DNA of 25,222 nt from Candidatus Woesearchaeota archaeon (GCA_964395155.1 CAYNAC010000001.1:1-25222); one strand, 5' to 3'; counted from the stretch's first letter, positions 8,731 to 16,874 are shown. The notes: generated by a model not told the origin, from the letters alone. Translations and numbers: made by a program.

Positions 8731-9141
8731 ATGAATGCTGTTAAGTCAATTCAAGCTAGTAAATATAATCTTTTGTTAGCATCCGCTTTAAAAGAATATA
8801 AGGAATTTGAAGCTCCTGAATGGGTAATGTTTGTTAAAAGTGGGAATGGTAAACATAGACCTATTGAAAGCGAGGATTTTTGGCACAATAGGGCTGCAAG
8901 TATTTTGAGACAAATTTATTTGAGAGGAATAGTTGGAGTTCAAAGACTTAGAACTAGATATGGAAACAGAAAAAATAGAGGCAAACAACCTGCACGTTTT
9001 GTTAGGTCTGGCGGAAAAATAATAAGATTGATTCTGCAACAGGCCGAATCTGCTCAATTGCTAGTTAAGTCAGAGACAAATGAAAAAGGAAGAATGTTGA
9101 GTGAAAAAGGTAAGAAATTACTTGAAGGAGTTAAAGAGTAA
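8731..9141 (+). CDS. rps19e: 30S ribosomal protein S19e
   Basis: APEWVMFVKSG...RPIESEDFWHNRAASILRQIY...VGVQRLRTRYGNRKNRG...GGKIIRLILQQAE...GRMLSEKG. Confidence 0.95.
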   Translation: MNAVKSIQASKYNLLLASALKEYKEFEAPEWVMFVKSGNGKHRPIESEDFWHNRAASILRQIYLRGIVGVQRLRTRYGNRKNRGKQPARFVRSGGKIIRLILQQAESAQLLVKSETNEKGRMLSEKGKKLLEGVKE

Positions 9142-9296
9142 CATGACACAAACAAAGTTTGCTTATGATTCAAAACTAAATTGGCATGCCTACACATGCT
9201 ATACTGGAGAGTTTTGAACATGGAAAAAATTGATATTTTTAAATATTTAATTTCCACTAGCTCGTCTTCACTCGTAATAGGGAGAGGAAATTAAAT

Positions 9297-9497
9297 ATGA
9301 CTCAAAGTTATCATAAAAAAATCGTTTTAGGAGTGCACACAAGAAGAACTAAGTGGGCTCCAGTTTGGGCGGTTGTTAGAAGATTTGGGAAGGGTAAAAA
9401 AGTACATCCTTCTGCTATGACTAAGATTCGTAGAAATTGGAGAAGAACTAAATTGAAAATCAAACCTCGCAGGTCTGGTAAGAAACATTTGGGTTAA
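9297..9497 (+). CDS. rpl39e: 50S ribosomal protein L39e (extended variant)
   Basis: KK...WAPVWAVV...HP...RRNWRRTKLK signature; conserved position before L31e; GGAGAGG SD. Confidence 0.88.
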   Translation: MTQSYHKKIVLGVHTRRTKWAPVWAVVRRFGKGKKVHPSAMTKIRRNWRRTKLKIKPRRSGKKHLG

Positions 9498-9498
9498 A

Positions 9499-9816
9499 AT
9501 GAAAATAGAAAGTTATAAGTTTAGAGCAAATAATATTGAAGAGGTTTGTGTGGGAAATACAATAATTCCTAGAGTCTTTAAGGTAATTGAGGGTTCAAGA
9601 GAATTTGAATTAATTGGAAAAAGAGATCAATATAATGGAACTTACCATATTGGAGATGCTACCTTAGTTGTTGAGGTTTCTGATGGGGTTGGAGCGCAAG
9701 GAATGTTTTCTGTTGCTTCAAGAGACAAAAAAAGTTTAGCTAATGCTGTTAGTTCATTAGAAGTAGCTTTGGGTGTAGAATATACATTATCAAAGGATGA
9801 AAAAACATTTGAATAA
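9499..9816 (+). CDS. Hypothetical 105-aa protein inserted in the ribosomal operon
   Basis: Tiles exactly between rpl39e (1-nt gap) and rpl31e ATG 9818 (1-nt gap). No family recognised. Confidence 0.75.
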   Translation: MKIESYKFRANNIEEVCVGNTIIPRVFKVIEGSREFELIGKRDQYNGTYHIGDATLVVEVSDGVGAQGMFSVASRDKKSLANAVSSLEVALGVEYTLSKDEKTFE

Positions 9817-9817
9817 G

Positions 9818-10366
9818 ATGGCTGAAACAAAAAATACAAATATGCTTGAAAGAGAATATGTAATTCCGCTTAGAAAGGAATGGACGAAGGTTCCATCTTA
9901 TAAGAGAACTGCTAAAAGTATTAAGGCGATAAAAGAATTTATTGCTAAACATATGAAAGTTGTAAATAGAGATATTGATAAAGTTAAAATTGATAGTTAT
10001 TTGAATAATGAAGTTTGGTACAGAGGAAGTTCAACTCCTCCGGCTCGTGTTAAAGTTAAAGCCATTAAGTCAGGAGATATTGTTAGAGTCACTTTTGTAA
10101 CTGACCCAGAACATGTTAAATTCGCTCGTGAAAGACATTCTAGAAAACATTTTAAGACTGAAAAGAAAGTGATAGCTCCTGAAGCTAAGAAAGAAGAAAA
10201 AACTGAAGAGCAGAAAAAAGAAGAGTCTGAAAAAGAAAAATCAGCTGCTATTGTTAATGAAAAACTTGCCGAACAACAAGCTAAAAACCAAAAACATGTT
10301 CCAGTAGATAATAAGTCCCATAAGAAAGAACCAATTCAGAGAAGAAGAACGATAGCTTCTAGTTAA
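9818..10366 (+). CDS. rpl31e: 50S ribosomal protein L31e with long Lys/Glu-rich C-terminal tail
   Basis: EREYVIPLRK...VPSYKRTAKSIKAIKEFIAKHMK...VKIDSYLNNEVWYRG...PPARVKVK. Start moved to ATG 9818 (MAETK). Confidence 0.93.
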   Translation: MAETKNTNMLEREYVIPLRKEWTKVPSYKRTAKSIKAIKEFIAKHMKVVNRDIDKVKIDSYLNNEVWYRGSSTPPARVKVKAIKSGDIVRVTFVTDPEHVKFARERHSRKHFKTEKKVIAPEAKKEEKTEEQKKEESEKEKSAAIVNEKLAEQQAKNQKHVPVDNKSHKKEPIQRRRTIASS

Positions 10367-10494
10367 TTTGATAATAAAACCTCTGTAAGTTAGTTAAAGA
10401 TAGGATTTTTAAGCTTTGAAAATTAAGATGGAGAAATAAAATATAAACTCAATTTGATAAAATTATATTTAAATTATTATAAAAGATTTTAATT

Positions 10495-12690
10495 TTATTT
10501 TTGACCTATATTTGTGGCGCTTGCTACTAGTGAGCAGGTGTTTGGTCCTGGTTCATTTCCGAATACATCTCTGCATTTTATATAATAGGCTAGATTAGGC
10601 TTCCATTCTGAATAGTGACTTTTTTTGTTTGATGTTGAGATATACAGCATTTCAATTCCCTCTTCAAAATTGAAATTACAACTATTTAGAGAGTATTTGC
10701 ATTCTGCATCTTCGTTAGTTACTATTTTTAATGCTTCGTTTGAGGAATCTCTGTATGCTCTAGTTACTAAAGGAGAAAAAGTGTCTACGGATACTAAAAA
10801 TACAATTTCTGCTTCTGCAGAATTTCCTCCAAAATCAGAACATCTAATGTAATATTTGTAATCTCCGCTTGTTAAATCTAATCTTTGGGTGTGTTCTACT
10901 GACCTTGTTTCAAACATAGGGATGAAACTATTTGGTAGACCTGTGGAGCTGAAAGCACAAATTGAAACTCCTTCGCTCGCTCCGTCGTCAGTTATAACTT
11001 TAAGATTAACTGGAATTGTATTTGTATTTCCCGTAACTGTTCCATTTGGTCCAACAAAAATTATATTCAGAGGTTGTGAACCAATTAAATCATATTTATA
11101 ACTTACAACATTAACATTTCTTTCCTCTTCTGGTTTTTTAGGTTGGTCCTTACATCTTATGAAGAAATTATTTTCTTTTCTATCTACAATTCCAGTTAGA
11201 TTTGTTTGACAAGTATACAATTCTCTGGCGTTGACTTGAGTTAAAGAAGTTGCGCAAGTCATCGAATTCTCCATTACGTCGTAAGATTTATCTTGAGTGC
11301 TCCATTTACAAGTTGAAGGTTCATTAACATAAAATTGAACTGGAACTGAACCAACTTGGTATTTTACAAAACTACCAGATGGTATTGAAGTGTCTACTAT
11401 TACTGGAGCAGTTGTATCTGGAGATGGGTCGACGCAAAGTTGTATTGCAAATTCATCTACGTTTTCGTTTCCATTTTTATCTCTGCATCTGACAAAGAAA
11501 TCGTATTTTCCATTTGCTTGTAACTCTGGTAACTCGTCATTTAGTGAACCTGGAGAAGGTAGACTAAATTGTTGAGTGTGATTGTATAAATATAAATTTG
11601 TATTTCCGAAAAAGAATTGCATTTCATCGAATGAGTTTTTGTGGTCTAAGTCCATTTTACATTGTGCCGGTTCATTGGTAGTTATTCCAAAAGTTAGAGG
11701 AGTAAATGCTTGTAAACATCCGTTAGTTGCTCCGTTCTTTACTATTTTAGTTCCTAGAGATGTTGGTCTTGTATCATGATTTGTATATCTGTGATTTTCA
11801 GTCAATGGGGTTGTCCAAGGAGTTATTGTAGGAGAAAGTGCGTCGTTTGGATTTACCCATATACATTTTTCTTCTGTGCTACCCACGTTAACTAACTCGC
11901 ACGCTTGTCCTAGCGCTCTACATCGATATTCTGAACATGGTCTATATGGGTCGTTATTACATGCTTCGCAATCTTTTCCTCCGACTGGAGCTTCATATGG
12001 GAGACATTGGAAATTGTATATTTGTTGAGATTCTCCTCTGTATAAAATTAAATAAGTAACTGCGGCGATTCCTATAGTCCATAAAATTGCTCCTCCTCCA
12101 ACTCCAAGACCTGCATTACTTCCAAATCCTAAACCGCTGAAAAATCCTGTACCTCCTTGAGCTTGTAAGAATCCGAATCTTCCTATTGTAGTTCCAATTC
12201 CTAGAGCTGCAGCAGCGGCTTCTTTTTCATTATTATCAAGACCCATATAATCTCCTAGAAGATAAACAACTCCGTAGGCTGTTGCTCCCCAAATTAAACC
12301 TGAGATAAGATTAGTTGTAAAACCGCTTTCCCATCCGAATGGGTTTCTTCCGTAAAATCCTTCTTCTGCTGGGTTTATTTTAGTACTTGCTGGAGGAGTA
12401 GTGGTTGGAGGAGGATTTGCTATATTGGTAGGACTTACTGGTTCATTTAATACTTGGGGAGGAGAAGGAACACTTGGATTTCTAGGTGTAGACGAACCAT
12501 GAGGAGGGTTTCCTTGCGCGTTTACAAAAGAACTTTCTGCAATCAAGAATGTAAAACTAAATAGGCTAAAAATTAAAATAAAGATTTGAGAAATTGCAAA
12601 ACTTTTTACATTGGAAAAAACATTAGGTTTATTTTTAGAAAGCTCAAAATTGCTACGCATTTTGACATCATCATCTCTTCGGAAAAACAT
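10495..12690 (-). CDS. Large exported/membrane protein: N-terminal hydrophobic signal, Pro-rich linker, Gly-rich hydrophobic segments, Cys-rich region, four Ig-like Cys-paired repeats
   Basis: Signal ISQIFILIFSLFSFTFLIAESSFVNA; four repeats of the type T-[ND]-E-x-A-x-C-K...Y-[YF]-[IV]-R-C-x-D-x-x-G-N; TATA 21 nt upstream of ATG 12690. Confidence 0.75.
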   Translation of the reverse strand: MFFRRDDDVKMRSNFELSKNKPNVFSNVKSFAISQIFILIFSLFSFTFLIAESSFVNAQGNPPHGSSTPRNPSVPSPPQVLNEPVSPTNIANPPPTTTPPASTKINPAEEGFYGRNPFGWESGFTTNLISGLIWGATAYGVVYLLGDYMGLDNNEKEAAAAALGIGTTIGRFGFLQAQGGTGFFSGLGFGSNAGLGVGGGAILWTIGIAAVTYLILYRGESQQIYNFQCLPYEAPVGGKDCEACNNDPYRPCSEYRCRALGQACELVNVGSTEEKCIWVNPNDALSPTITPWTTPLTENHRYTNHDTRPTSLGTKIVKNGATNGCLQAFTPLTFGITTNEPAQCKMDLDHKNSFDEMQFFFGNTNLYLYNHTQQFSLPSPGSLNDELPELQANGKYDFFVRCRDKNGNENVDEFAIQLCVDPSPDTTAPVIVDTSIPSGSFVKYQVGSVPVQFYVNEPSTCKWSTQDKSYDVMENSMTCATSLTQVNARELYTCQTNLTGIVDRKENNFFIRCKDQPKKPEEERNVNVVSYKYDLIGSQPLNIIFVGPNGTVTGNTNTIPVNLKVITDDGASEGVSICAFSSTGLPNSFIPMFETRSVEHTQRLDLTSGDYKYYIRCSDFGGNSAEAEIVFLVSVDTFSPLVTRAYRDSSNEALKIVTNEDAECKYSLNSCNFNFEEGIEMLYISTSNKKSHYSEWKPNLAYYIKCRDVFGNEPGPNTCSLVASATNIGQK

Positions 12691-12711
12691 AGATGTTTAA
12701 TGGAATAATTC

Positions 12712-12719
12712 TTTATAAA
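12712..12719 (-). promoter_or_regulatory. TATA box (TTTATAAA) for the 731-aa gene
   Basis: 21-nt gap to the ATG at 12690. Confidence 0.6.
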
Positions 12720-12752
12720 TATTAGCAGAAATAAATTTTATTGAATTAAAGA

Positions 12753-13319
12753 TTATTTGACTTGAATTATGTGTTCTCCTATTTTTGCTCCATCGATGGT
12801 CCAATAAATTTGAAAAATCCCTTTTTTATCAGTAATAATTGAAGTGGTCTGAGGAGTTGAACGATCTAAAGTAATATTTTGTGAACTAATTTCTTCTATT
12901 TGAAAATCAGACATATTTGAAGCATAGGTTTTCAAGGTCTTTCCGCGGTGACCTTCCTGTTCAACTGCATAAGTTATTTTGTCCCCTACATTAAAAACAG
13001 TCTTACCTCTGTCTACTGCTTCTCCTATTGGATAAGGTCTCGGATCTACACACTGATCCTTGTTGAAATCTTCCGTATAACTGCAAATGAAAGGTACTGA
13101 TCTCGTATAGTTATTTTGAACATTAGAATTTTGATAGCCATTTGCTCTTGCGTTTATCAATGCCGCGTCTCTCATTGCTCGAGCATTAATTACTGCTTGA
13201 TGATCTGCCGCGATTAGTGTTGCAAGTGGAACACAACCAGAATTAATTAAAGAAAAAGAAGCGACGGCTCCGCCTAAGAGCACCCCTAACAACCCCGGAT
13301 TTTTAGCCCTAGATGTCAT
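12753..13319 (-). CDS. Putative lipoprotein
   Basis: Basic N-terminus, hydrophobic stretch and lipobox-like INSG|C, followed by a beta-rich C-terminal domain. Confidence 0.6.
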   Translation of the reverse strand: MTSRAKNPGLLGVLLGGAVASFSLINSGCVPLATLIAADHQAVINARAMRDAALINARANGYQNSNVQNNYTRSVPFICSYTEDFNKDQCVDPRPYPIGEAVDRGKTVFNVGDKITYAVEQEGHRGKTLKTYASNMSDFQIEEISSQNITLDRSTPQTTSIITDKKGIFQIYWTIDGAKIGEHIIQVK

Positions 13320-13411
13320 TATTAACGTTATTCATAGATTAAACGAATATTTAAACCTTTTTATTTGAAAAAATCTTGGAATTTAATGATTGAAGCTTGA
13401 CTCCGGAAAAA

Positions 13412-13419
13412 TTTAAATA
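13412..13419 (+). promoter_or_regulatory. TATA box (TTTAAATA) with purine-rich BRE-like element for the acidic microprotein
   Basis: 21 nt upstream of ATG 13441; preceded by CCGGAAAAA. Confidence 0.55.
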
Positions 13420-13440
13420 CTTAATAATAAAAAATGAGGC

Positions 13441-13518
13441 ATGAGAGATGAATACGAAGACGAGGAATTTGAGGAAGAAGAAGACGAAGAAGAGATTGAT
13501 AAAGACGATGAAATTTAA
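13441..13518 (+). CDS. 25-aa ultra-acidic microprotein MRDEYEDEEFEEEEDEEEIDKDDEI (not in the ORF track)
   Basis: ATG...TAA translated by hand; 18/25 residues are D/E with mixed GAA/GAG/GAC/GAT codons; canonical promoter spacing; T6 tract at 13540-13545. Confidence 0.6.
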   Translation: MRDEYEDEEFEEEEDEEEIDKDDEI

Positions 13519-13706
13519 TTGATTCTCTTTGAAAGAAACTTTTTTCCTTAAATTATTAAGTATTTGTTTTTGAAATTTTATTTAAATTGTAGATTGAAAT
13601 ATCATAAAACTCTGACAAGTTTTATACTACACACTAAAGATTTTGGTTCATAAAAATTCAAAGTATTATTGAATGCCCATTATAAGATTAAATATTTTAA
13701 CTAATA

Positions 13707-13982
13707 TTAAAAGTCCATTACTTTGAATTCTTTAAATCCTTGATGTTTTTCCTCTTTTTCTACTACGCTTCTGATCATTGTGTGTTGAGGGCCTGTTTTG
13801 CAAGCTAAAATCATATTGTTAACTTCATTAGTACTCCCTTCTATAAATATCTCTACCAGCCCGTCTTCTTTGTTTCTTATGAATCCTTTTATTCCCAAGT
13901 TGTCTGCGCTTTCTTTAATAAATCTGTTAAAAAAAACTTTTTGTATCGAACCTTGAATCGTGAGCCTTACGCTTTTTTTCAT
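13707..13982 (-). CDS. acyP: Acylphosphatase family protein (phosphate-binding loop divergent)
   Basis: 91 aa; G-x-I-Q-x-V-F-F loop, GFIRNKEDGLVEIFIEG and C-K-x-G-P motifs. Confidence 0.85.
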   Translation of the reverse strand: MKKSVRLTIQGSIQKVFFNRFIKESADNLGIKGFIRNKEDGLVEIFIEGSTNEVNNMILACKTGPQHTMIRSVVEKEEKHQGFKEFKVMDF

Positions 13983-14019
13983 GTTTTAATTTGTTTGTGT
14001 TAACTTAATAATCTTGCTA

Positions 14020-14796
14020 CTATTGAGTTTTGCCTATTAAATTTTCTACTCCTTCCTCTTTAGGAATTTGAGAAAAACTTTCGTCAACTAGTCTTATGTG
14101 AGGAACGCTGTTCCAGTCTAGACCAAATAGTTTGCAAGCTTGTTTATCCATGTCTAGAGGCTTTCCAGTAATTAGAAATCCTTTATCACTAGCATCGATT
14201 ATTGCTAAGTCAGGCATTTTGCACTTTAGGATATCGTGAACTTGATATTTTAGAGGATATTCTCTCAACTTTTTTTTGACATTTGAAAAAAATCCATTAT
14301 ATTTGTGACCTGGAAATGCTCCTAACATGGAATTTAGCGAAGCAGAAAGTCCTAGCTCTTTATGTGCTGTAGCAGGGCTAACGGTTACTACAAAACTATT
14401 TAGTAAGATTTCAGGGTAGAAGATTGATTTAAATCTCAAAAACTCTGGATTTTGAACTTCTACGGACGAAGATTCATTTAAATCTATTATTCCAAGGCTG
14501 TATTTTTCGGCAAGATTTGTTAAACCTCTTTCATCAAATAGATCTCTTGTTTCTGCTCCATCACAACCTTCTGCAATTATAATATCTGAACCCGGACTCT
14601 TATTAGATACGCAAAATTGAATGATTGGTTCTAAAAACTCGAGTTTGGTGGAGTTTTCTGGTTGACCTGGTACTAAATTTACCTTGAAAACTATAGTTTT
14701 ATGTTTTTTTAGTTCATCAGATAACTTAATTAAATTCAAGACTTTTGGAATAGTTTCATCATAAGAAGTTATTTTTACTGCGAGCCCCTTTACCAT
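14020..14796 (-). CDS. DUF362 family protein (no C-terminal ferredoxin)
   Basis: IVFKVNL, IIIAEG, IIDLN, H...LSASLNSMLG and DLAIIDA motifs follow the DUF362 layout. Confidence 0.7.
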   Translation of the reverse strand: MVKGLAVKITSYDETIPKVLNLIKLSDELKKHKTIVFKVNLVPGQPENSTKLEFLEPIIQFCVSNKSPGSDIIIAEGCDGAETRDLFDERGLTNLAEKYSLGIIDLNESSSVEVQNPEFLRFKSIFYPEILLNSFVVTVSPATAHKELGLSASLNSMLGAFPGHKYNGFFSNVKKKLREYPLKYQVHDILKCKMPDLAIIDASDKGFLITGKPLDMDKQACKLFGLDWNSVPHIRLVDESFSQIPKEEGVENLIGKTQ

Positions 14797-14894
14797 TACA
14801 AAACTCTTTGTTTGGAGTTTTTAATCATTATTGTGTTTTGATGTAGATTTTATATTGGTTTTTATAAAATCAAAAAGATTAATTTTTGTTAAAG

Positions 14895-15464
14895 TTAGGA
14901 TTTGCAAAATACAGATAATTTATAAGGCTCTCCTAAAACTCCACCTTGAGTGTCTATTTGCTGACATTCAAAAACACAGCCCATTGTGTTGGAACAAACA
15001 TTTGCAGATTTAGGACAATTATTTTCTAACAATTTAGTACATCTTCTTCCAATAATTGAATATTGTTCTTCGTTCCCATCCCATTTTGCTTTTATATATA
15101 GTTCAGAAGGATTTGGACAGCTACATTTTTTATATTCTTGACATTCTCTTACTACTATTATAGGGTTAGAATCTTCGTCATAGGTTTTGACCTTACAATT
15201 TTTTTGAGTACATGCAAGATTTGTAGAAGTTGAACAATCATTTTCTCCAACTACGACAAATTCATTTTTATCTACTGGGCAAGTGCATAGCGACTCTGAG
15301 CTAGATTGTTGAGATAGAGAAATTTGCTGAATTGTTTCGCTACGCGTTAGATTATTTTCTTGAACTAAAAAGAAAGAGAGAACTCCTAAAAGTAAAAGTA
15401 AAAATATTCCGTTAAGAAAAAATTTACTTTTTTCACTCTTTAAATTATTTCTTTTTTTAGCCAC
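14895..15464 (-). CDS. Membrane-anchored Cys-rich extracellular protein (GTG start)
   Basis: Basic N-terminus, single TM (FFLNGIFLLLLLGVLSFFLV), 14 Cys in two CxCP-initiated modules. Confidence 0.7.
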   Translation of the reverse strand: MAKKRNNLKSEKSKFFLNGIFLLLLLGVLSFFLVQENNLTRSETIQQISLSQQSSSESLCTCPVDKNEFVVVGENDCSTSTNLACTQKNCKVKTYDEDSNPIIVVRECQEYKKCSCPNPSELYIKAKWDGNEEQYSIIGRRCTKLLENNCPKSANVCSNTMGCVFECQQIDTQGGVLGEPYKLSVFCKS

Positions 15465-15533
15465 TTTAATATTATTTAATTTAAACTACTTAAAACTTTA
15501 CAATCTCTAACTATTGGAATTTTAATTATAAAA

Positions 15534-16832
15534 TTAAACAGGCTTCATCGCACCCCATTTATCTAAAGCTTGTCTAAGTTCAATATTGTATTTTGCATGT
15601 TCCTGTAATGTTTCTCCCTCGTGAACTGCATCTATCGCTTGTCTTGCTGCCATTGCTCCTGCACGAGTTCCTTTTGGATGTCCATGAATTCCTCCTGAAA
15701 CAAGAATAACACATTCGTCTCCAAATAGTTTAAGCAAATCTGGGATTAGTCCGGGATGAACTCCTCCTGATGAAACAGGGAATGCTTGTTTTAACCCGTG
15801 CCAATCTTGTAAAAATCTTAAATTTTTTATTTCACTAACTTTTTTCTCTCTGAGAGTATCACTAACATTTTTTACTTCTTGTGCCGTTCCTACAAGTTTT
15901 CCTACTGCAGTTCCAGAATGTATTTGATCCACTCCTATCATCCTCATTAATTTTGCTAGCATGTACATTGACATTCCATGTTTTGGATTTTTGTCAAACA
16001 TTGCATGCATTGCTCTGTGCGCATGAATTGCCATACCATAATCTCCTAATGTTTTACGAAGAGTTTGAACTGAAGAATATCCTGTAACTACAACGTCTAT
16101 CATCGCATGTTTAAATCCATAATTGTGTAATAATTTGGCTCTTCTTTTCATTTCATCGGTTTCGGCAGTAATGTTAATGTATGCGTCCTTGGTATCTCCT
16201 GTTGCTTTTTCTGCTTTATCTCTAAACTTTGCAAGTAATTTTACTCTTTTATCAAAATTATTAAATGAAGTAGAAGTTAAATTTTCGTCGTCTTTTACAA
16301 AATCAAAACCTCCCATCCAAGTCTCATATCCGATTTCTGCGTGTTCAACATCTGAAAAACCTATCTTGGGCTTAGGAACTGCTCCGAGCATAGGCCTGTT
16401 GTAAACATTCATCATTTTTCTTATTCCATTAATTCCATGTCTTGGTCCTGAAAAACTTTTTAGATATTTTTTAGGAAATTTTATATCTAATAGTCTTAAA
16501 TTTTCAAGTGCTTTCATCCCAAAAATATTTCCGCCTATGCCACTTAATAATTGAGGACAATTTCCTTCTTCCCATAAATCATAAGGATATGAAACTTTCA
16601 AAATATTTCCTTCGCGATGATATGCATGAGCTTTTAACTTGTTCATTCGTGGCGGCATTTTAAACAAAGTTGTCCATGTTCCAGTAGAGCTTTCTGAAGC
16701 AATTCTTCCCATTGCTTCATTTACTGAAACTCCTTTAGATGGTTCAAAATAAAATAAAGCAATTAATTCATCTTGGGAGGGTTTGTAAGAGGAATCTACA
16801 AAATCTAAATACCACTCAACTTTTTTTTCCAT
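15534..16832 (-). CDS. rbcL: RuBisCO large subunit, archaeal form III (III-b-like)
   Basis: All active-site motifs present: ESSTGTW, GNIFGMK, PKPKIG, DFVKDDENL (carbamylated Lys), HAHRAMH, HSGT-VGKL, PVSSGG, GGIHGHP. The C-terminus KWGAMKPV resembles Thermococcales form III. Confidence 0.96.
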   Translation of the reverse strand: MEKKVEWYLDFVDSSYKPSQDELIALFYFEPSKGVSVNEAMGRIASESSTGTWTTLFKMPPRMNKLKAHAYHREGNILKVSYPYDLWEEGNCPQLLSGIGGNIFGMKALENLRLLDIKFPKKYLKSFSGPRHGINGIRKMMNVYNRPMLGAVPKPKIGFSDVEHAEIGYETWMGGFDFVKDDENLTSTSFNNFDKRVKLLAKFRDKAEKATGDTKDAYINITAETDEMKRRAKLLHNYGFKHAMIDVVVTGYSSVQTLRKTLGDYGMAIHAHRAMHAMFDKNPKHGMSMYMLAKLMRMIGVDQIHSGTAVGKLVGTAQEVKNVSDTLREKKVSEIKNLRFLQDWHGLKQAFPVSSGGVHPGLIPDLLKLFGDECVILVSGGIHGHPKGTRAGAMAARQAIDAVHEGETLQEHAKYNIELRQALDKWGAMKPV

Positions 16833-16853
16833 ATAATTTAGTAGATATTTTAG

Positions 16854-16874
16854 ATTATAAATCTATAGATTTAT
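16854..16874 (-). promoter_or_regulatory. rbcL TATA box (TTTATAAT, 16854-16861) overlapped by a perfect 18-bp palindrome ATAAATCTATAGATTTAT (16857-16874)
   Basis: TATA is 21 nt from ATG 16832; the palindrome was verified base by base. Confidence 0.55.

Noticed and set aside
9797-9817. L31e start at 9797
   Set aside because: It overlaps the upstream ORF; ATG 9818 follows that ORF's stop by 1 nt and gives a normal N-terminus.
13604-13625. 8-6-8 inverted repeat ATAAAACT-CTGACA-AGTTTTAT as a Xer/dif site
   Set aside because: The 6-bp spacer fits, but the inner TAA/TTA arms typical of dif sites are missing; likely chance in AT-rich DNA.
15534-16832. Autotrophic CO2 fixation (Calvin cycle)
   Set aside because: Form III enzyme, with no small subunit or phosphoribulokinase in the window; nucleoside salvage is the established role.
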